Shown here piece by piece: positions 9,035 through 19,814 of a stretch of DNA of 64,000 nt. How positions within the stretch are numbered: position 1 is the first letter of the stretch; each line of letters begins with the position of its first letter. Source of the DNA: an uncultured Anaerolineales bacterium. Lineage in GTDB: Bacteria > Chloroflexota > Anaerolineae > UBA4142 > SHND01. The notes beneath the pieces were generated by a model. It was not told the origin of the DNA. It was given only the letters and a program-made list of their open reading frames with translations, and searched no databases. The position numbers and the translations under genes were made by a program. Where the stretch lies: assembly GCA_964469005.1 (NCBI GenBank), contig CAYXXF010000021.1, positions 41,336 through 105,335 on the forward strand, given 5' to 3'.

Positions 9035-9810
9035 TGCTTTTGGTTTTGAAATTGATTTTGACGCCGCTCTTGATGTTGTCGCTCACGCTCGCGGGGCGCA
9101 AGTGGGGGCAAACGGTCAGCGGCTTGTTTGCGGGGCTGCCATTAAATTCGGGACCGATTTCGTTTTTGTTCGCGTTGCAATATGGGACTGAATTTGCCGC
9201 GCGCGCGGCAGTTGGCTCGATGGGGGGAATGATTGCGGTCTCGACGTTTGCGTTAGTTTATGCGACATTGGCACAGCGCGCGTCGTGGTTCGTCAGCGTG
9301 GTGCTTGCCGAGACCGCCTATTTCACAATCATTTATTTGCTCAATGTTTTTTCGCTGCCCTTACTTCCCACAATTTTTATTTCGTGCGCTACATTGGCTT
9401 TGATTTTATGGCGAATGCCACCACGCACAGGCACATTGCCATCGCTGCAGCTCGGCAAATGGGACTTGCCCGCGCGAATTGTAGTGGCAACCGCGTTTGT
9501 GGTGGGCTTGACCGCGCTCGGAGAAATTTTAGGCGCGCAGCTCGGCGGACTGATTTCGACGTTTCCGATTTTCGCGACGGTGCTGTCGGTTTTCACACAT
9601 CGTTCAAGCGGCGCGCACGCGGCAGCGGAATGGCTGCGCGGTTCGGTGTTTGGAATGTACTCGACGATTGCGTTTTATGTAGTGATTGGATTTTTTGTTA
9701 CCACCCTGCCGATTGCCGCGACGTATGCACTCGCAATTTTCGCCGCGCTCGGTGTGAGCGCGCTTGGCTTGAGACTCACGCGTCAAGCTTTATTTCAAAA
9801 GCGCGCTTAA
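9031..9810 (+). CDS. Uncharacterised polytopic membrane protein (paralogue 2)
   Basis: 259 aa, colinear with the upstream gene (GLFAGLPLNSGP..GAQLGGLISTFPIFA). Confidence 0.75.
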   Translation: MMLLVLKLILTPLLMLSLTLAGRKWGQTVSGLFAGLPLNSGPISFLFALQYGTEFAARAAVGSMGGMIAVSTFALVYATLAQRASWFVSVVLAETAYFTIIYLLNVFSLPLLPTIFISCATLALILWRMPPRTGTLPSLQLGKWDLPARIVVATAFVVGLTALGEILGAQLGGLISTFPIFATVLSVFTHRSSGAHAAAEWLRGSVFGMYSTIAFYVVIGFFVTTLPIAATYALAIFAALGVSALGLRLTRQALFQKRA

Positions 9811-11592
9811 TTCATCAATGGTGAGTGCGCGCGTTTTTTGAAAAATTATCGGCTGTGGATGGTCGTACACGGAAAAACTTTCGTCGGCGGGGCGGACATT
9901 TGTCACAGAAAAATTTTTTTCAAGCATCGAGTTGACTTGGAGCGAGTCAAATTTTAATCCGGCAAAAGGATTATCACGAAGAGTAACTCCAAATAAAGTT
10001 GGGTCGTTGCGCGTCGTGAACATTGGTTCAAAACCCAAATCACCGTTAAATAATTTTTCGTAATAGCGATTCATCATCGGATACCGCGCGGGTAATTTGC
10101 CGACGCTGGCGTAACCGCGTTGGCTCGCAAGAATAATGACATCTGCGCGCGCAATTGCCTCTGCCAATTGCGCGCGTTTTTCATTCGTGTCATCGTCGAA
10201 AATTGGAAATTGGATTTGGGTATATTCCGAACCGCGTCGTTCACCATTTTCAAAACGAATCATTGTGGGCAGCGCATCATCCCATTGTTCAATCAGCAAC
10301 GTTTTCCCAACAGGCACATTTTGATAGAGCCAACGCGATGCCGTGAGCCAAGGATGCTCGCGCGCATAAATCTGTGTGAATGCAAGGGAATAGAGAAACG
10401 AGAGTGCGAGAAGCGAGAAAACGAGAATCGCCGGAACAACGCGTCGTTTTGCGAATACGCGCGTGAACGCGCATACTGCCATGATGTACAAAATTGGCAG
10501 CAGGGGCAACAAGTAACGCAGATATTTGGTGTACTGCAAACCAATCGTTACAAAATAAATCAGCGCGAACGACAACACAAATGCATCGCGCCAGTCGCGC
10601 GATTTCCACCACTGCGCGACAAATAACACTCCCCCGCCCCACGCGAAAATTCCCAACGGCAAGCCCATGCCCCAAATTGCGCCTTGTGTAACTTGATACA
10701 CAAACGGAATTGTTCCCGCATACTGGCGCGTGTACGGATAATCCAACCACCCGCGCGCCACAAACGCTTCACGAATCACATCGCTTCCGAATGCGTACCA
10801 ATCGAACAGCGCGTACGGCTGTGTCACAACAAAGATAACAAACGCTATGCCGCAAATTTGCAAAAACGGTTTGCGCGTCGCCCGCCAAATTTCCATAATA
10901 CGCGCGCGCGAAAATTTTAAGGTTGGCGCATTCGTCACAAGCGCGCACGCATAAAAAATTGGAACGATGAGCGGCAATGCAGTAATTTTTGTAGCGAGCG
11001 CGAGTCCAAAAGAGATTCCACAGAGAATTTTAAAAGTTCGTGATGCGATAGTGTCTTGCGCTACACGAAACGCGCAATACAGCGTCGCCATTGTAAGAAA
11101 TGTCAGTAAGGTGTCCACCGCGTAAAAGTGCGACAATTGAATATGCAGTACTGTCACGGCAACACACGCGGCAGCAAGCAGACCGATGCGCGCGGCATAA
11201 ATTTTTTTGCCGAGCGCGTACGTCAACGCAATCGTTCCCAAATCAAACAGTCCCGAAAGAAAACGTCCGAGCAACACCCAGCGCGCGAGGTCGTCATTCG
11301 CCCAAGGTCCGACGATATTCGTCGGCGGCGCAAAAGGGACAAGCACGCGCAAGAGATAAATCGGGAACGAGCCGTACGCGAAAAATTTCGGATTGAGCAA
11401 ACTTGCAGGGGAAAAAATTTCGAGCGCGTTGGCAGGAAATTGCAATGCGGAAACGACGAGGAGAATCTGGCGTTCGTCAGGATGAAACAAATAGCCATTG
11501 TCCCAGCCCAAACCCGTCCATCGAAAATACGCGGCGATGCCGAGAATCAACGCAAGGAAAAAAATTTCAACGCGGCGAGAGGGGTGACGCAT
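9790..11592 (-). CDS. ArnT/PMT-like GT-C membrane glycosyltransferase (GT39-like)
   Basis: FHPDER, FFAYGSFP, GRFLSGLFD, HIQLSHFYAVD, GLALATK. Multi-TM with a C-terminal extracytoplasmic domain. TACAAT lies 8 nt upstream of ATG 11592. Confidence 0.85.
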   Translation of the reverse strand: MRHPSRRVEIFFLALILGIAAYFRWTGLGWDNGYLFHPDERQILLVVSALQFPANALEIFSPASLLNPKFFAYGSFPIYLLRVLVPFAPPTNIVGPWANDDLARWVLLGRFLSGLFDLGTIALTYALGKKIYAARIGLLAAACVAVTVLHIQLSHFYAVDTLLTFLTMATLYCAFRVAQDTIASRTFKILCGISFGLALATKITALPLIVPIFYACALVTNAPTLKFSRARIMEIWRATRKPFLQICGIAFVIFVVTQPYALFDWYAFGSDVIREAFVARGWLDYPYTRQYAGTIPFVYQVTQGAIWGMGLPLGIFAWGGGVLFVAQWWKSRDWRDAFVLSFALIYFVTIGLQYTKYLRYLLPLLPILYIMAVCAFTRVFAKRRVVPAILVFSLLALSFLYSLAFTQIYAREHPWLTASRWLYQNVPVGKTLLIEQWDDALPTMIRFENGERRGSEYTQIQFPIFDDDTNEKRAQLAEAIARADVIILASQRGYASVGKLPARYPMMNRYYEKLFNGDLGFEPMFTTRNDPTLFGVTLRDNPFAGLKFDSLQVNSMLEKNFSVTNVRPADESFSVYDHPQPIIFQKTRALTIDELSALLK

Positions 11593-11627
11593 AGAACGCC
11601 ATTGTAACAAAACCGCGCGCCAAACAA

Positions 11628-11659
11628 AAACCTCGCAGGTTTCTAGACCTGCGAGGTTT
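11628..11659. repeat. Palindromic repeat (family A) overlapping the enoyl-CoA hydratase stop codon
   Basis: AAACCTCGCAGGT-TTCTAG-ACCTGCGAGGTTT, perfect 13-bp stem. Confidence 0.7.
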
Positions 11660-12470
11660 CGACTTGCTCCAATGATTCGGGCGTTTCGGAATTTCCGTTC
11701 GCCGCTTTTTGCATCGCGGCAATCGCGTCACGAAAATCGTCCGATGCGAGTAATTGCAATTGTGCGTACTCGGCTACTTTTAACGCTTGCGGTAATTGGG
11801 TGTCGTACGTCGCGTTGATTAATTTTTTCGAGTGGGACAATGCTTTGAACGGCAATTTCGCAAATTGCTGCGCCCAATTGCGCGCGATGCCGGGCATATC
11901 GCCGGGGTCCGCGACACGATTCAACAGCCCGATGCGTAACGCTTCCAACGCGCTTATATTGCGTCCGCGCAAAATAATTTCTTTAGCCCACGCGGGTCCG
12001 ACGAGACGCGTTAAACGCGTAATGCCGCCGAGGTCAGGAATGATTCCAAATTTGACTTCGGGGAGCGCGAGGGTGGCGCGCGAGGAACAAATTCGAAAAT
12101 CGCACGCGAGAATCATTTCCAGACCCGCGCCGAGACAAACGCCATTCACTGCCGCGATGGTAATTTGCGGTAACGCTTCAAGTTTGTTAAAGGTCTCTTG
12201 CCAACGCCGAATGATGACGCGCAGATCATCTTGCGTCCACTGCGCCGCGCCTTCCATAAAAACTTTTAAATCCAAACCCGAGCTAAACGCTTTACCAACG
12301 CCCGTTAGAATCACAACGCGCACATCCGGATTTTCGACGAGTTCGTCGCACAACGCCGACAAATCGTCAAACAATTCCGGCGACAGCGCGTTGAGCGTTT
12401 GCGGACGGTTGAGCGAAACTGTGAGGATATTTTGGTCCAGCTGGAGTTTGAGATTTTTGTACTGGTTCAT
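11643..12470 (-). CDS. Enoyl-CoA hydratase/isomerase family protein
   Basis: SLNRPQTLNAL, GKAFSSGLDL, IAAVNGVCLGAGLE, ALPEVKFGIIPD. Confidence 0.92.
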   Translation of the reverse strand: MNQYKNLKLQLDQNILTVSLNRPQTLNALSPELFDDLSALCDELVENPDVRVVILTGVGKAFSSGLDLKVFMEGAAQWTQDDLRVIIRRWQETFNKLEALPQITIAAVNGVCLGAGLEMILACDFRICSSRATLALPEVKFGIIPDLGGITRLTRLVGPAWAKEIILRGRNISALEALRIGLLNRVADPGDMPGIARNWAQQFAKLPFKALSHSKKLINATYDTQLPQALKVAEYAQLQLLASDDFRDAIAAMQKAANGNSETPESLEQVETSQV

Positions 12471-14276
12471 TTATTCTTCGCCCAATTTTAAAACTGCCAT
12501 GAATGCTTCTTGCGGCAGTTCAACGGTGCCCAATTGCTTCATGCGCTTTTTTCCTTTTTTCTGCGCTTCGAGCAATTTTTTCTTGCGCGTAATATCGCCG
12601 CCGTAACACTTTGCCAAAACATCTTTGCGCAACGCGCGAATCGTTTCGCGCGCGACAATGCGTCCGCCAATCGCGGCTTGAATCGGCACCGGAAACATTT
12701 GCGACGGAATCACTTCTTTTAATTTTTTCGCCAACGCCGCGCCGCGCGTATAGGCATAGTCTTTGTGCACAATGATGGAAAGTGCATCCACCGGTTCTTC
12801 ATTCAACAACAGTGACAATTTCTGCAACGGCGCGCCGCGATACGAATCGAATTGGTAATCCATTGACGCGTAGCCGCGCGTGCGTGATTTCAATTGGTCG
12901 TAAAAATCAATAATGAGTTCCGACAACGGCAGCAAAAAATCCATCCGCACGCGTTCGGGGTCGAGATATTCCAGTTTGCTTTGTTCGCCGCGCCGCGTGC
13001 GCGCCAAATCCATCACCGTGCCAATGTAGGCGGCGGGTGTGAACACCGACACTTTCATCCACGGCTCTTCGATTTCTTCAATTTGGTCGGCGTTCGGTAA
13101 CGCGGCAGGATTGTCCACCAAAAGAATTTCGCCGTCGGTTTTCAAAACGTGATATTCCACGCTCGGCGCGGTCGCAATCAAATCCAAATCATATTCGCGT
13201 TCGAGCCGTTCTTGAATAATTTCCATGTGCAACAATCCAAGAAAGCCGATGCGAAAACCGAAACCGAGCGCGGCGGATGTTTCCGGTTCGTACGTCAACG
13301 CGGCATCGTTCAATTTCAATTTATCGAGCGCGTCGCGCAAGAGTGGATAATCATTCGTTGCAACGGGATAAAATCCGGCAAACACCATCGGTTTGGCGGG
13401 ACGAAAACCGGGCAGCGGTTCCTGCGACGGATTCGTCGCAATGGTCAACGTATCGCCGACCTGCACTTCGCGCACCGTTTTCAAACCGGTTGCGACATAG
13501 CCCACTTCGCCCGCCGTAAGCACATCGGTTGAAATCAGTTTCGGACGAAAGATACCGACCTCAATCGCATCCACATCGCGATTGTTGGACATCATGCGCA
13601 ATTTATCGCTCTTGCGAAATTCGCCGTCCACGACGCGCACGTACGCGACAACGCCTTTGTACGCGTCGTAATGTGAATCGAATACGAGCGCGCGGGCAGG
13701 CGCATCGGGGTCACCGCGCGGCGGCGGAATTTTTGATATGACCGCTTCCAAAATGTCGGCAACGCCCGTGCCATCTTTGGCGGACACGCGCAGAATATCT
13801 TCGGCAGGAAAACTCAATAGATTTTCAATATCCTGCGCGATTTCATCGGGGCGCGCCGAGGGCAAATCAATTTTGTTGATGACTGGAATGACAACCAAAT
13901 TATTTTCAAGCGCGAGATACATGTTCGCCAGCGTTTGCGCTTCGACGCCTTGCGACGCATCTACCACCAAAATCGCGCCTTCACACGCGGACAACGCGCG
14001 CGAAACTTCGTACGTAAAATCTACGTGACCGGGCGTGTCAATCAAATTGAGTTCGTACTCGTTGCCATCGCGCGCGGTGTACAACATGCGCACGGCTTTG
14101 GCTTTGATGGTGATGCCCTTTTCGCGTTCCAGGTCCATCTGGTCCATCACCTGCTCGACCATATCGCGTTTGGAAACTGTACTGGTCAATTCGAGCAAAC
14201 GGTCGGTCAAGGTGGACTTGCCATGGTCCACATGCGCGACGATGGAAAAATTTCGAATCAGTTTTTCGGAAATCAT
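12471..14276 (-). CDS. lepA: Translation elongation factor 4 (LepA)
   Basis: [65 protein letters not shown]. Confidence 0.99.
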   Translation of the reverse strand: MISEKLIRNFSIVAHVDHGKSTLTDRLLELTSTVSKRDMVEQVMDQMDLEREKGITIKAKAVRMLYTARDGNEYELNLIDTPGHVDFTYEVSRALSACEGAILVVDASQGVEAQTLANMYLALENNLVVIPVINKIDLPSARPDEIAQDIENLLSFPAEDILRVSAKDGTGVADILEAVISKIPPPRGDPDAPARALVFDSHYDAYKGVVAYVRVVDGEFRKSDKLRMMSNNRDVDAIEVGIFRPKLISTDVLTAGEVGYVATGLKTVREVQVGDTLTIATNPSQEPLPGFRPAKPMVFAGFYPVATNDYPLLRDALDKLKLNDAALTYEPETSAALGFGFRIGFLGLLHMEIIQERLEREYDLDLIATAPSVEYHVLKTDGEILLVDNPAALPNADQIEEIEEPWMKVSVFTPAAYIGTVMDLARTRRGEQSKLEYLDPERVRMDFLLPLSELIIDFYDQLKSRTRGYASMDYQFDSYRGAPLQKLSLLLNEEPVDALSIIVHKDYAYTRGAALAKKLKEVIPSQMFPVPIQAAIGGRIVARETIRALRKDVLAKCYGGDITRKKKLLEAQKKGKKRMKQLGTVELPQEAFMAVLKLGEE

Positions 14277-14289
14277 TACGACTCTATTC

Positions 14290-14634
14290 TTATCCCGGGG
14301 GCCAAGTCATTGGTCTGCCCGCAAGCAAATGAAAATGCAAATGGAAAACCGATTGTCCCGCTTCCGCGCCGGTGTTGGTAACGACGCGATAACCGCCGCT
14401 CAAATTTTGCTGTTGCGCGATTTCGCGCGCCGCGCGCAAACAGGCGGCGGCAGCATTCAACGTTGTTTCATCCTCGATGCCGTTCAAGGATTCGAGGTGG
14501 TGATTGGGAATGATGAGAATGTGCGTCGGCGCTTGCGGATTCAAATCTCGGAATGCGGTGACGTGTTCGTTTTTGAAAACGATGTTGGCGGGAATTTCGC
14601 CCGCGGCGATTCTGCAAAAGATACAGTTCGGCAT
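14290..14634 (-). CDS. HIT-family nucleotide-binding protein
   Basis: [37 protein letters not shown]. Confidence 0.95.
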   Translation of the reverse strand: MPNCIFCRIAAGEIPANIVFKNEHVTAFRDLNPQAPTHILIIPNHHLESLNGIEDETTLNAAAACLRAAREIAQQQNLSGGYRVVTNTGAEAGQSVFHLHFHLLAGRPMTWPPG

Positions 14635-14640
14635 TCGTTG

Positions 14641-15945
14641 TTAGTCGTTCGTAATTCGCTCGCCGCGTACACCGTCATCAACACTTTCGACGAGACGCGT
14701 CGGCAGAATCCGATTGCTCAAATTTTCACTGCTGCGCGTGACGACGCGAATGTAATTGTCTGTGTAACCTGTCCAAATGCCAACAGCGTTGAGTTGTTCT
14801 TCGTACAACACGTTGAACGTGCGCCCGATGTTTTGTTGTGCGAATTTTTGTTGACTCGCGTCGGCTAGGCGCTGCATCGCTTTGGTGCGCGCATCTTTGA
14901 CCAAATCGGAAACGTGCAGGGGCAGTTTCGCCGCAAGCGTTCCTTCGCGCGCCGAGTACGGAAAGACATGCACGCGGGCGAAATTCATCTTTTCGACAAA
15001 ATCAAGGGACTCGCTAAATTCCACATCGGCTTCACCGGGAAAACCAACAATCACATCTGTTGTAATCGCGACATCGGGAATTTTTGCGCGCGCCATCTCC
15101 AACGCGTTTGCAAATTGTTCCGCCGTGTACGGACGACGCATTCGACGCAAAACCGTTGTGCTGCCGCTTTGCAACGACAAATGCAAGTGGCGACACAAAC
15201 GCGCGTCCGAAAACATATCGAGCAGTTCGCTATCCAAATCCCATGGCGCAATCGAAGTGAGACGCAATCGCGGCAGATTTGTTTTGTTCAAAATTTCCGA
15301 AACCAAATCGCACAAGCCGCGCAAACGTCCATTTCCATTTTCTCTCTCTTCTAAACGGTAATCGGAAATTTGCACGCCCGTCAAAATCACTTCTTGATAA
15401 CCGCTATCCACCAATGATTTGATTTCGTCAACAATTTCATTTTGTGAACGGCTGCGCGCGCGTCCCCGCGCAAGCGGAATGATGCAATAGGTGCAAGACA
15501 TGTTGCAGCCGTCTTCGATTTTGACAAAGGCGCGCGTACGCAGACCCATTTCTCTGCTGTTTGTTTTTTCTATTGCGTCCGCGAAATGTTGGAAATACGG
15601 GAAATCGCCCAAGCGTTCGCGCGCCAAATCCACCAGCGCGTCTTTGTCCGCGTTGGGAATGACGAGCGCGACATTTGGCAAACTGCGCGCTTGGGCGGAT
15701 GACATGGTGGCATAACAACCCGTCAATACAATTTGCGCGTTCGCGTTTTCGCGCGCGAGATGGCGCGACAGATTACGCGATTTGCGCGCGGCTTGCGCTG
15801 TGACCGTACACGTATTGAGCACAATTGTGTCGGCGGCGTGCGGGTCTGTGACAATTTCATCCCCACGCGCGGTGAAATCACGCGCCCAACTTTCGAGCTC
15901 GCTTTCGTTTAATTTACACCCGAGTGTTTGGAGATAGACCTTCAT
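14641..15945 (-). CDS. mtaB: tRNA t6A37 methylthiotransferase
   Basis: TLGCKLNESE, NTCTVT..A.RKSR, TGCYA, KIEDGCNMSCTYCIIP.ARG, HVFPYSAREGT. TRAM domain at the C-terminus. Confidence 0.92.
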   Translation of the reverse strand: MKVYLQTLGCKLNESELESWARDFTARGDEIVTDPHAADTIVLNTCTVTAQAARKSRNLSRHLARENANAQIVLTGCYATMSSAQARSLPNVALVIPNADKDALVDLARERLGDFPYFQHFADAIEKTNSREMGLRTRAFVKIEDGCNMSCTYCIIPLARGRARSRSQNEIVDEIKSLVDSGYQEVILTGVQISDYRLEERENGNGRLRGLCDLVSEILNKTNLPRLRLTSIAPWDLDSELLDMFSDARLCRHLHLSLQSGSTTVLRRMRRPYTAEQFANALEMARAKIPDVAITTDVIVGFPGEADVEFSESLDFVEKMNFARVHVFPYSAREGTLAAKLPLHVSDLVKDARTKAMQRLADASQQKFAQQNIGRTFNVLYEEQLNAVGIWTGYTDNYIRVVTRSSENLSNRILPTRLVESVDDGVRGERITND

Positions 15946-16003
15946 TTCGCGATGACCGAACGATTATAGGCATGATAACGCATTGCGTCAAAGCAGTGCG
16001 CGC

Positions 16004-16041
16004 AAAATAAAAAAAGGTGCAGCATTGTGAATGCTGCACCT
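16004..16041 (-). terminator. Rho-independent terminator after the DUF11 gene
   Basis: 12-bp stem AGGTGCAGCATT / AATGCTGCACCT with a 3-nt loop, followed by a T run on the minus strand. Confidence 0.85.
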
Positions 16042-16059
16042 GAACATGTCAGAAACGGT

Positions 16060-19000
16060 TCAATTGGACTTTTTATGACGGATTGAAATTTCGTCGCTCC
16101 ACCTTGCTTCGCCCTGCACTAGTACAATCTCAATTCGATAGACGTACTTTTTGCCTACTTTGACAGATTTATCGAGGTACGAGTACTTTTCACTGCTTAT
16201 CGTACCAACGGATTTGGCATCAATCAGATTGGCATTCAGTTTCTTCCACTCGGTCCCCTTGCTCGTTTTACGCCAAACGTTAAACCCAATTATCTCGAGT
16301 TCATTTCCGGTTTGCCATTTGACTCGAATACCTTTTGGCGCAGAACCTGCTTTGAAGGCGAGAAGGTCCGCCGAGGTCGGTGAACTCGCCGTGTACGTTG
16401 CAGAAGATTGCGCGGTGTATTGTGTATTGTTCGCCGTGCCGTTCACAGTCGCGGTGTTTGGATGGGTGCCGACGGCGGCGCTGATGGGTCCTGCAACACA
16501 GGTCGAGGTGGGGTCTTGGGACGCTGACGCAACAGGCAAAGGACTTGGCCAACCGCTGTTGCACGATGACACACTCAGCATCGTATCCGTCAGATTGATC
16601 AAAGTCAGTGCGACATCTCCCGTATTCTCTACAATGAATCTGTACCAGAGCTGCGTGCCTGTATTCGTTGACAGTGATTTGAACCAGGGTCCGCTCGAGC
16701 TCGTTCCGACTTGCTTAAGGAGAGAGATGGAAGGACTCGACGCGCGTACTGATAACGAAGCGATTGCGGTATTCCCATTCACGGTTTGGGAGTTGATAAT
16801 GTGCGAAACATTGCCGCTCGTGTTGTTGTACGCTCCCGCAGTGGGTGCAGTCACGTTCACCGAAATCGTACAAGTGCCGCCCGCCGTCAACGAGCCCCCC
16901 GAAAGGCTCAGAGTGCCTGCACCTGCCGTTGCCGTGAGTGTACCACCACAGGTGTTGCTTGCGCCATTCGGATTTGCAATGAGCATATTTGCAGGTGATG
17001 TCGGCAGCGTATCCGAGAATGCGACCCCACTCAACGCGTTATTCTGATTCGGGTTCGTAATCAGAAATGTCAACGTAGATACGCCATTCGCCACTATGGT
17101 ACTCGGCGAGAATTGTTTGGAAATGCTCGGCGGCGAAACGGCGACCAGATTCGCGGTGGCAAAACCTGTGCTTGTACTGTTTGTTCCTGTTTCCGATGTG
17201 GAAATGAATCCACTCACGTTGTTGTGCGGACCTGCCGTTGTCGCTTTTACCCGAACGCTGATAGTACATGTGTTGTTTCCCGCGACATTCGCTGCGAGTG
17301 TACCACCGGTGAGAGAAATTGTACTGCCGCCTGCGGTAGCATTCACTGTGCCGCCGCAGGTATTGGTCGTATTCGGCGGGGAAGAAATCACCACACCCGT
17401 CGGCAACGTGTCGCTAACCGCAATACCGCTCAACGTATTGTTATAGTTCGCACCGATTGCGTTCGGATTGGTGATGGTGAACGTGAGGGTGGACTCATAC
17501 ACTGTCCCACCGCTCACTGCGACCGGGTTGGGCGAAAAACTCTTGACAATTGTTGGCGGATTCGGCGGCACGGGACAGCCGGTAAAGACGATGTTGTCCA
17601 AGCGAATCGTTGCCGTAGATTTGCTTGAATTTCTAGAATCGGCAGTGATGCGAAAACGGGTGGTGCCGGTGCCGTTGTTCGTGGAAGTGGTTATCGGGAT
17701 GCTGAGCCAGCTACCCTTGTTCACGTTCGATATTGTCGCCACCAGTGTGTCCGCGCCATTATTCGCGCTGGTATAAATGTAAAAATGGTTATCGGTCTGC
17801 GAAGCCCAATCACCACCTGCTTCGAGGTCATAATCGAACTGAATCGTGATGCCGCCATATTTGCTGGTATCCAGCGTGAATTGAAAATATGGTGCAACCG
17901 CGCCGGGCGCACCTGTTGTCGAGGGCCAAGCATCCACAATTTGCCACGCGTTCGTTTGTCCGGTATTGCCTGCGACAATGCTCTGCGAACCCGCGCCGGT
18001 CAGACTTGCCGCCGCCGTCGCGGTTGTAACATCCGCTACCTTGCTTGTGTACGGTGGCGGCGGTCCGCCTGAACCCTGTCCGCTAGTTGGCATACTCCAA
18101 CGCGCGATTTCTACTTTTTGCGTACACGTCGAAGGCGGCACAGGGTCGGGGAAGGTTTGCGTCGTGAGTGTGGCGCTCGCATTTTTTCCGGTATTCAACG
18201 AATTGATAAAGAGATTGTTGGTCGTGTTGTTGAACGGTCCTGCCGTCGTAGGTGTAACATTCACACTTATCGTACACGTACTACTTGCCGCGACGGTGCC
18301 ATTTGAAAAAGTGAGTGAGGTCGCGGCTGCGGCTGGCGCAAAGGTTGGACTGCCGCATCCTGAAGTGCTTGCGCTAGGCGTAGCGGCGACTTGCAGACCG
18401 GCGGGCAGTGGGTCGGTAAAGTTATAACCTGAAAGCGGACCGGGGTTTGGATTTGACAACGTAATTGTCAGGACTGAAATGCCGTTGACGGTGGTCGAAC
18501 TCGGCGTGAAACTTTTCGCGATTCCTACATTCGTCGGGTCCACGATATTGGCGATGCGGAAACCGGTCGTATAGTCCGCGTTGTAGTGAAAACTGCTGCC
18601 GGAGAAATCATAGAGCAGTGAACTGAGGGTTTGCGATGAACCTCCGCCGCTGATGATGGTCACGTTATACGTCATCGTGACGTTTCCGCCCGTCTTGTAA
18701 TCTCCACCTATGCACGAACGATAGTTCGGACTCGTCGGGACGTTATCCCACGTACATGCGTCGGCATAGAGTTTGTCATTGGGGTTGGAAACGGGTGAGC
18801 CGGGAGAATTCGCGGTGTATGTAGTGTTGACGGAATTGATTTGAAAGATGGTATTCGGAAAGTTGATAAAGGACTCGAACTCATTGTAACCGTTCGTGGC
18901 GGTGAAACCGACCAATTGGATATTGTATGTGTTGCCAACCACGAGCGTCATCGAGCCGCCGGCAGGAATGGAGGTGCTATCGAGTTTGACATCGGTAATC

Positions 19001-19494
19001 CCATTGCGGCTCTGCGAAATGAGATGCTCGACATAGAGTTGGCGCGGCGTAGGTGTGCTGGTAACGCCAAGTCCGTTCGCCGTAACCTCGACGTGAAAAT
19101 TGCGCGTCGTATCATACGCTGCTGCATCCCGCGTCACCTGAACTTCAAAATAGAAATCGGTGCAGGCATTCACCGCCAGATTTGATTTAGTAAGCGGATT
19201 GCTGGAACCCGGGCGGATGTTGATATAGGAATTCAAAGTGTCCCACGCCAACGTCGCAGCGACGTTATTCGCAACAGCATCGCCCGTATTGCACACACGC
19301 GCACCGACCGGAAAATTCTGCGGTCCGACATTGACGTTGTTGCTATCCAAGCCAATGATGTTCCACGTGATGGGCGTAACCGTCAGAGTGGCAGCCGCGT
19401 GGACAGTGGCAGGCGCGCCCATGACAACTCCCAACACAAACAGTCCAATAACCGCAAGGTGCGCGCGAAATGATTTGCTAATCAAGTAGCTCAT
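16060..19494 (-). CDS. Large secreted surface/adhesin-like protein with DUF11-type repeats and a C-terminal FN3-like domain
   Basis: 1144 aa with a signal peptide ending VHAA. Repeats IAKSFTPS..LTITLSNPN, IVKSFSPN..LTFTITNPN, ISKQFSPS..LTFLITNPN, LLKQVG..YRFIVENTGDV. S/T/N/G-rich. Confidence 0.82.
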   Translation of the reverse strand: MSYLISKSFRAHLAVIGLFVLGVVMGAPATVHAAATLTVTPITWNIIGLDSNNVNVGPQNFPVGARVCNTGDAVANNVAATLAWDTLNSYINIRPGSSNPLTKSNLAVNACTDFYFEVQVTRDAAAYDTTRNFHVEVTANGLGVTSTPTPRQLYVEHLISQSRNGITDVKLDSTSIPAGGSMTLVVGNTYNIQLVGFTATNGYNEFESFINFPNTIFQINSVNTTYTANSPGSPVSNPNDKLYADACTWDNVPTSPNYRSCIGGDYKTGGNVTMTYNVTIISGGGSSQTLSSLLYDFSGSSFHYNADYTTGFRIANIVDPTNVGIAKSFTPSSTTVNGISVLTITLSNPNPGPLSGYNFTDPLPAGLQVAATPSASTSGCGSPTFAPAAAATSLTFSNGTVAASSTCTISVNVTPTTAGPFNNTTNNLFINSLNTGKNASATLTTQTFPDPVPPSTCTQKVEIARWSMPTSGQGSGGPPPPYTSKVADVTTATAAASLTGAGSQSIVAGNTGQTNAWQIVDAWPSTTGAPGAVAPYFQFTLDTSKYGGITIQFDYDLEAGGDWASQTDNHFYIYTSANNGADTLVATISNVNKGSWLSIPITTSTNNGTGTTRFRITADSRNSSKSTATIRLDNIVFTGCPVPPNPPTIVKSFSPNPVAVSGGTVYESTLTFTITNPNAIGANYNNTLSGIAVSDTLPTGVVISSPPNTTNTCGGTVNATAGGSTISLTGGTLAANVAGNNTCTISVRVKATTAGPHNNVSGFISTSETGTNSTSTGFATANLVAVSPPSISKQFSPSTIVANGVSTLTFLITNPNQNNALSGVAFSDTLPTSPANMLIANPNGASNTCGGTLTATAGAGTLSLSGGSLTAGGTCTISVNVTAPTAGAYNNTSGNVSHIINSQTVNGNTAIASLSVRASSPSISLLKQVGTSSSGPWFKSLSTNTGTQLWYRFIVENTGDVALTLINLTDTMLSVSSCNSGWPSPLPVASASQDPTSTCVAGPISAAVGTHPNTATVNGTANNTQYTAQSSATYTASSPTSADLLAFKAGSAPKGIRVKWQTGNELEIIGFNVWRKTSKGTEWKKLNANLIDAKSVGTISSEKYSYLDKSVKVGKKYVYRIEIVLVQGEARWSDEISIRHKKSN

Positions 19495-19814
19495 GCAAAA
19501 TTCTTTACCCTCTCAGATCAAGATCTCGTGATTGCGTAGTAATGTGTAAGAGCCGATTGGATATGGCTCTGTAAAACTCTATTCTGAAAAAACAAAAAAC
19601 CGTGTAGTGCGTGCCCAAGCACGACTCACGGTCAGATATGTCGCTTGCTCTAATCTGCACATCGCGCCCGACGCGAGGGGTACGGCGCAGTGCAACAGAG
19701 TATGATCGCTTCTATATATTCAATTTATTGAAATTGTACCAACCGAACATTAAGAGGAAGATTAGCATCGCATCCAGAAGGGTCATATACGGGAAGGTTT
19801 AATGGAATTGTAAT

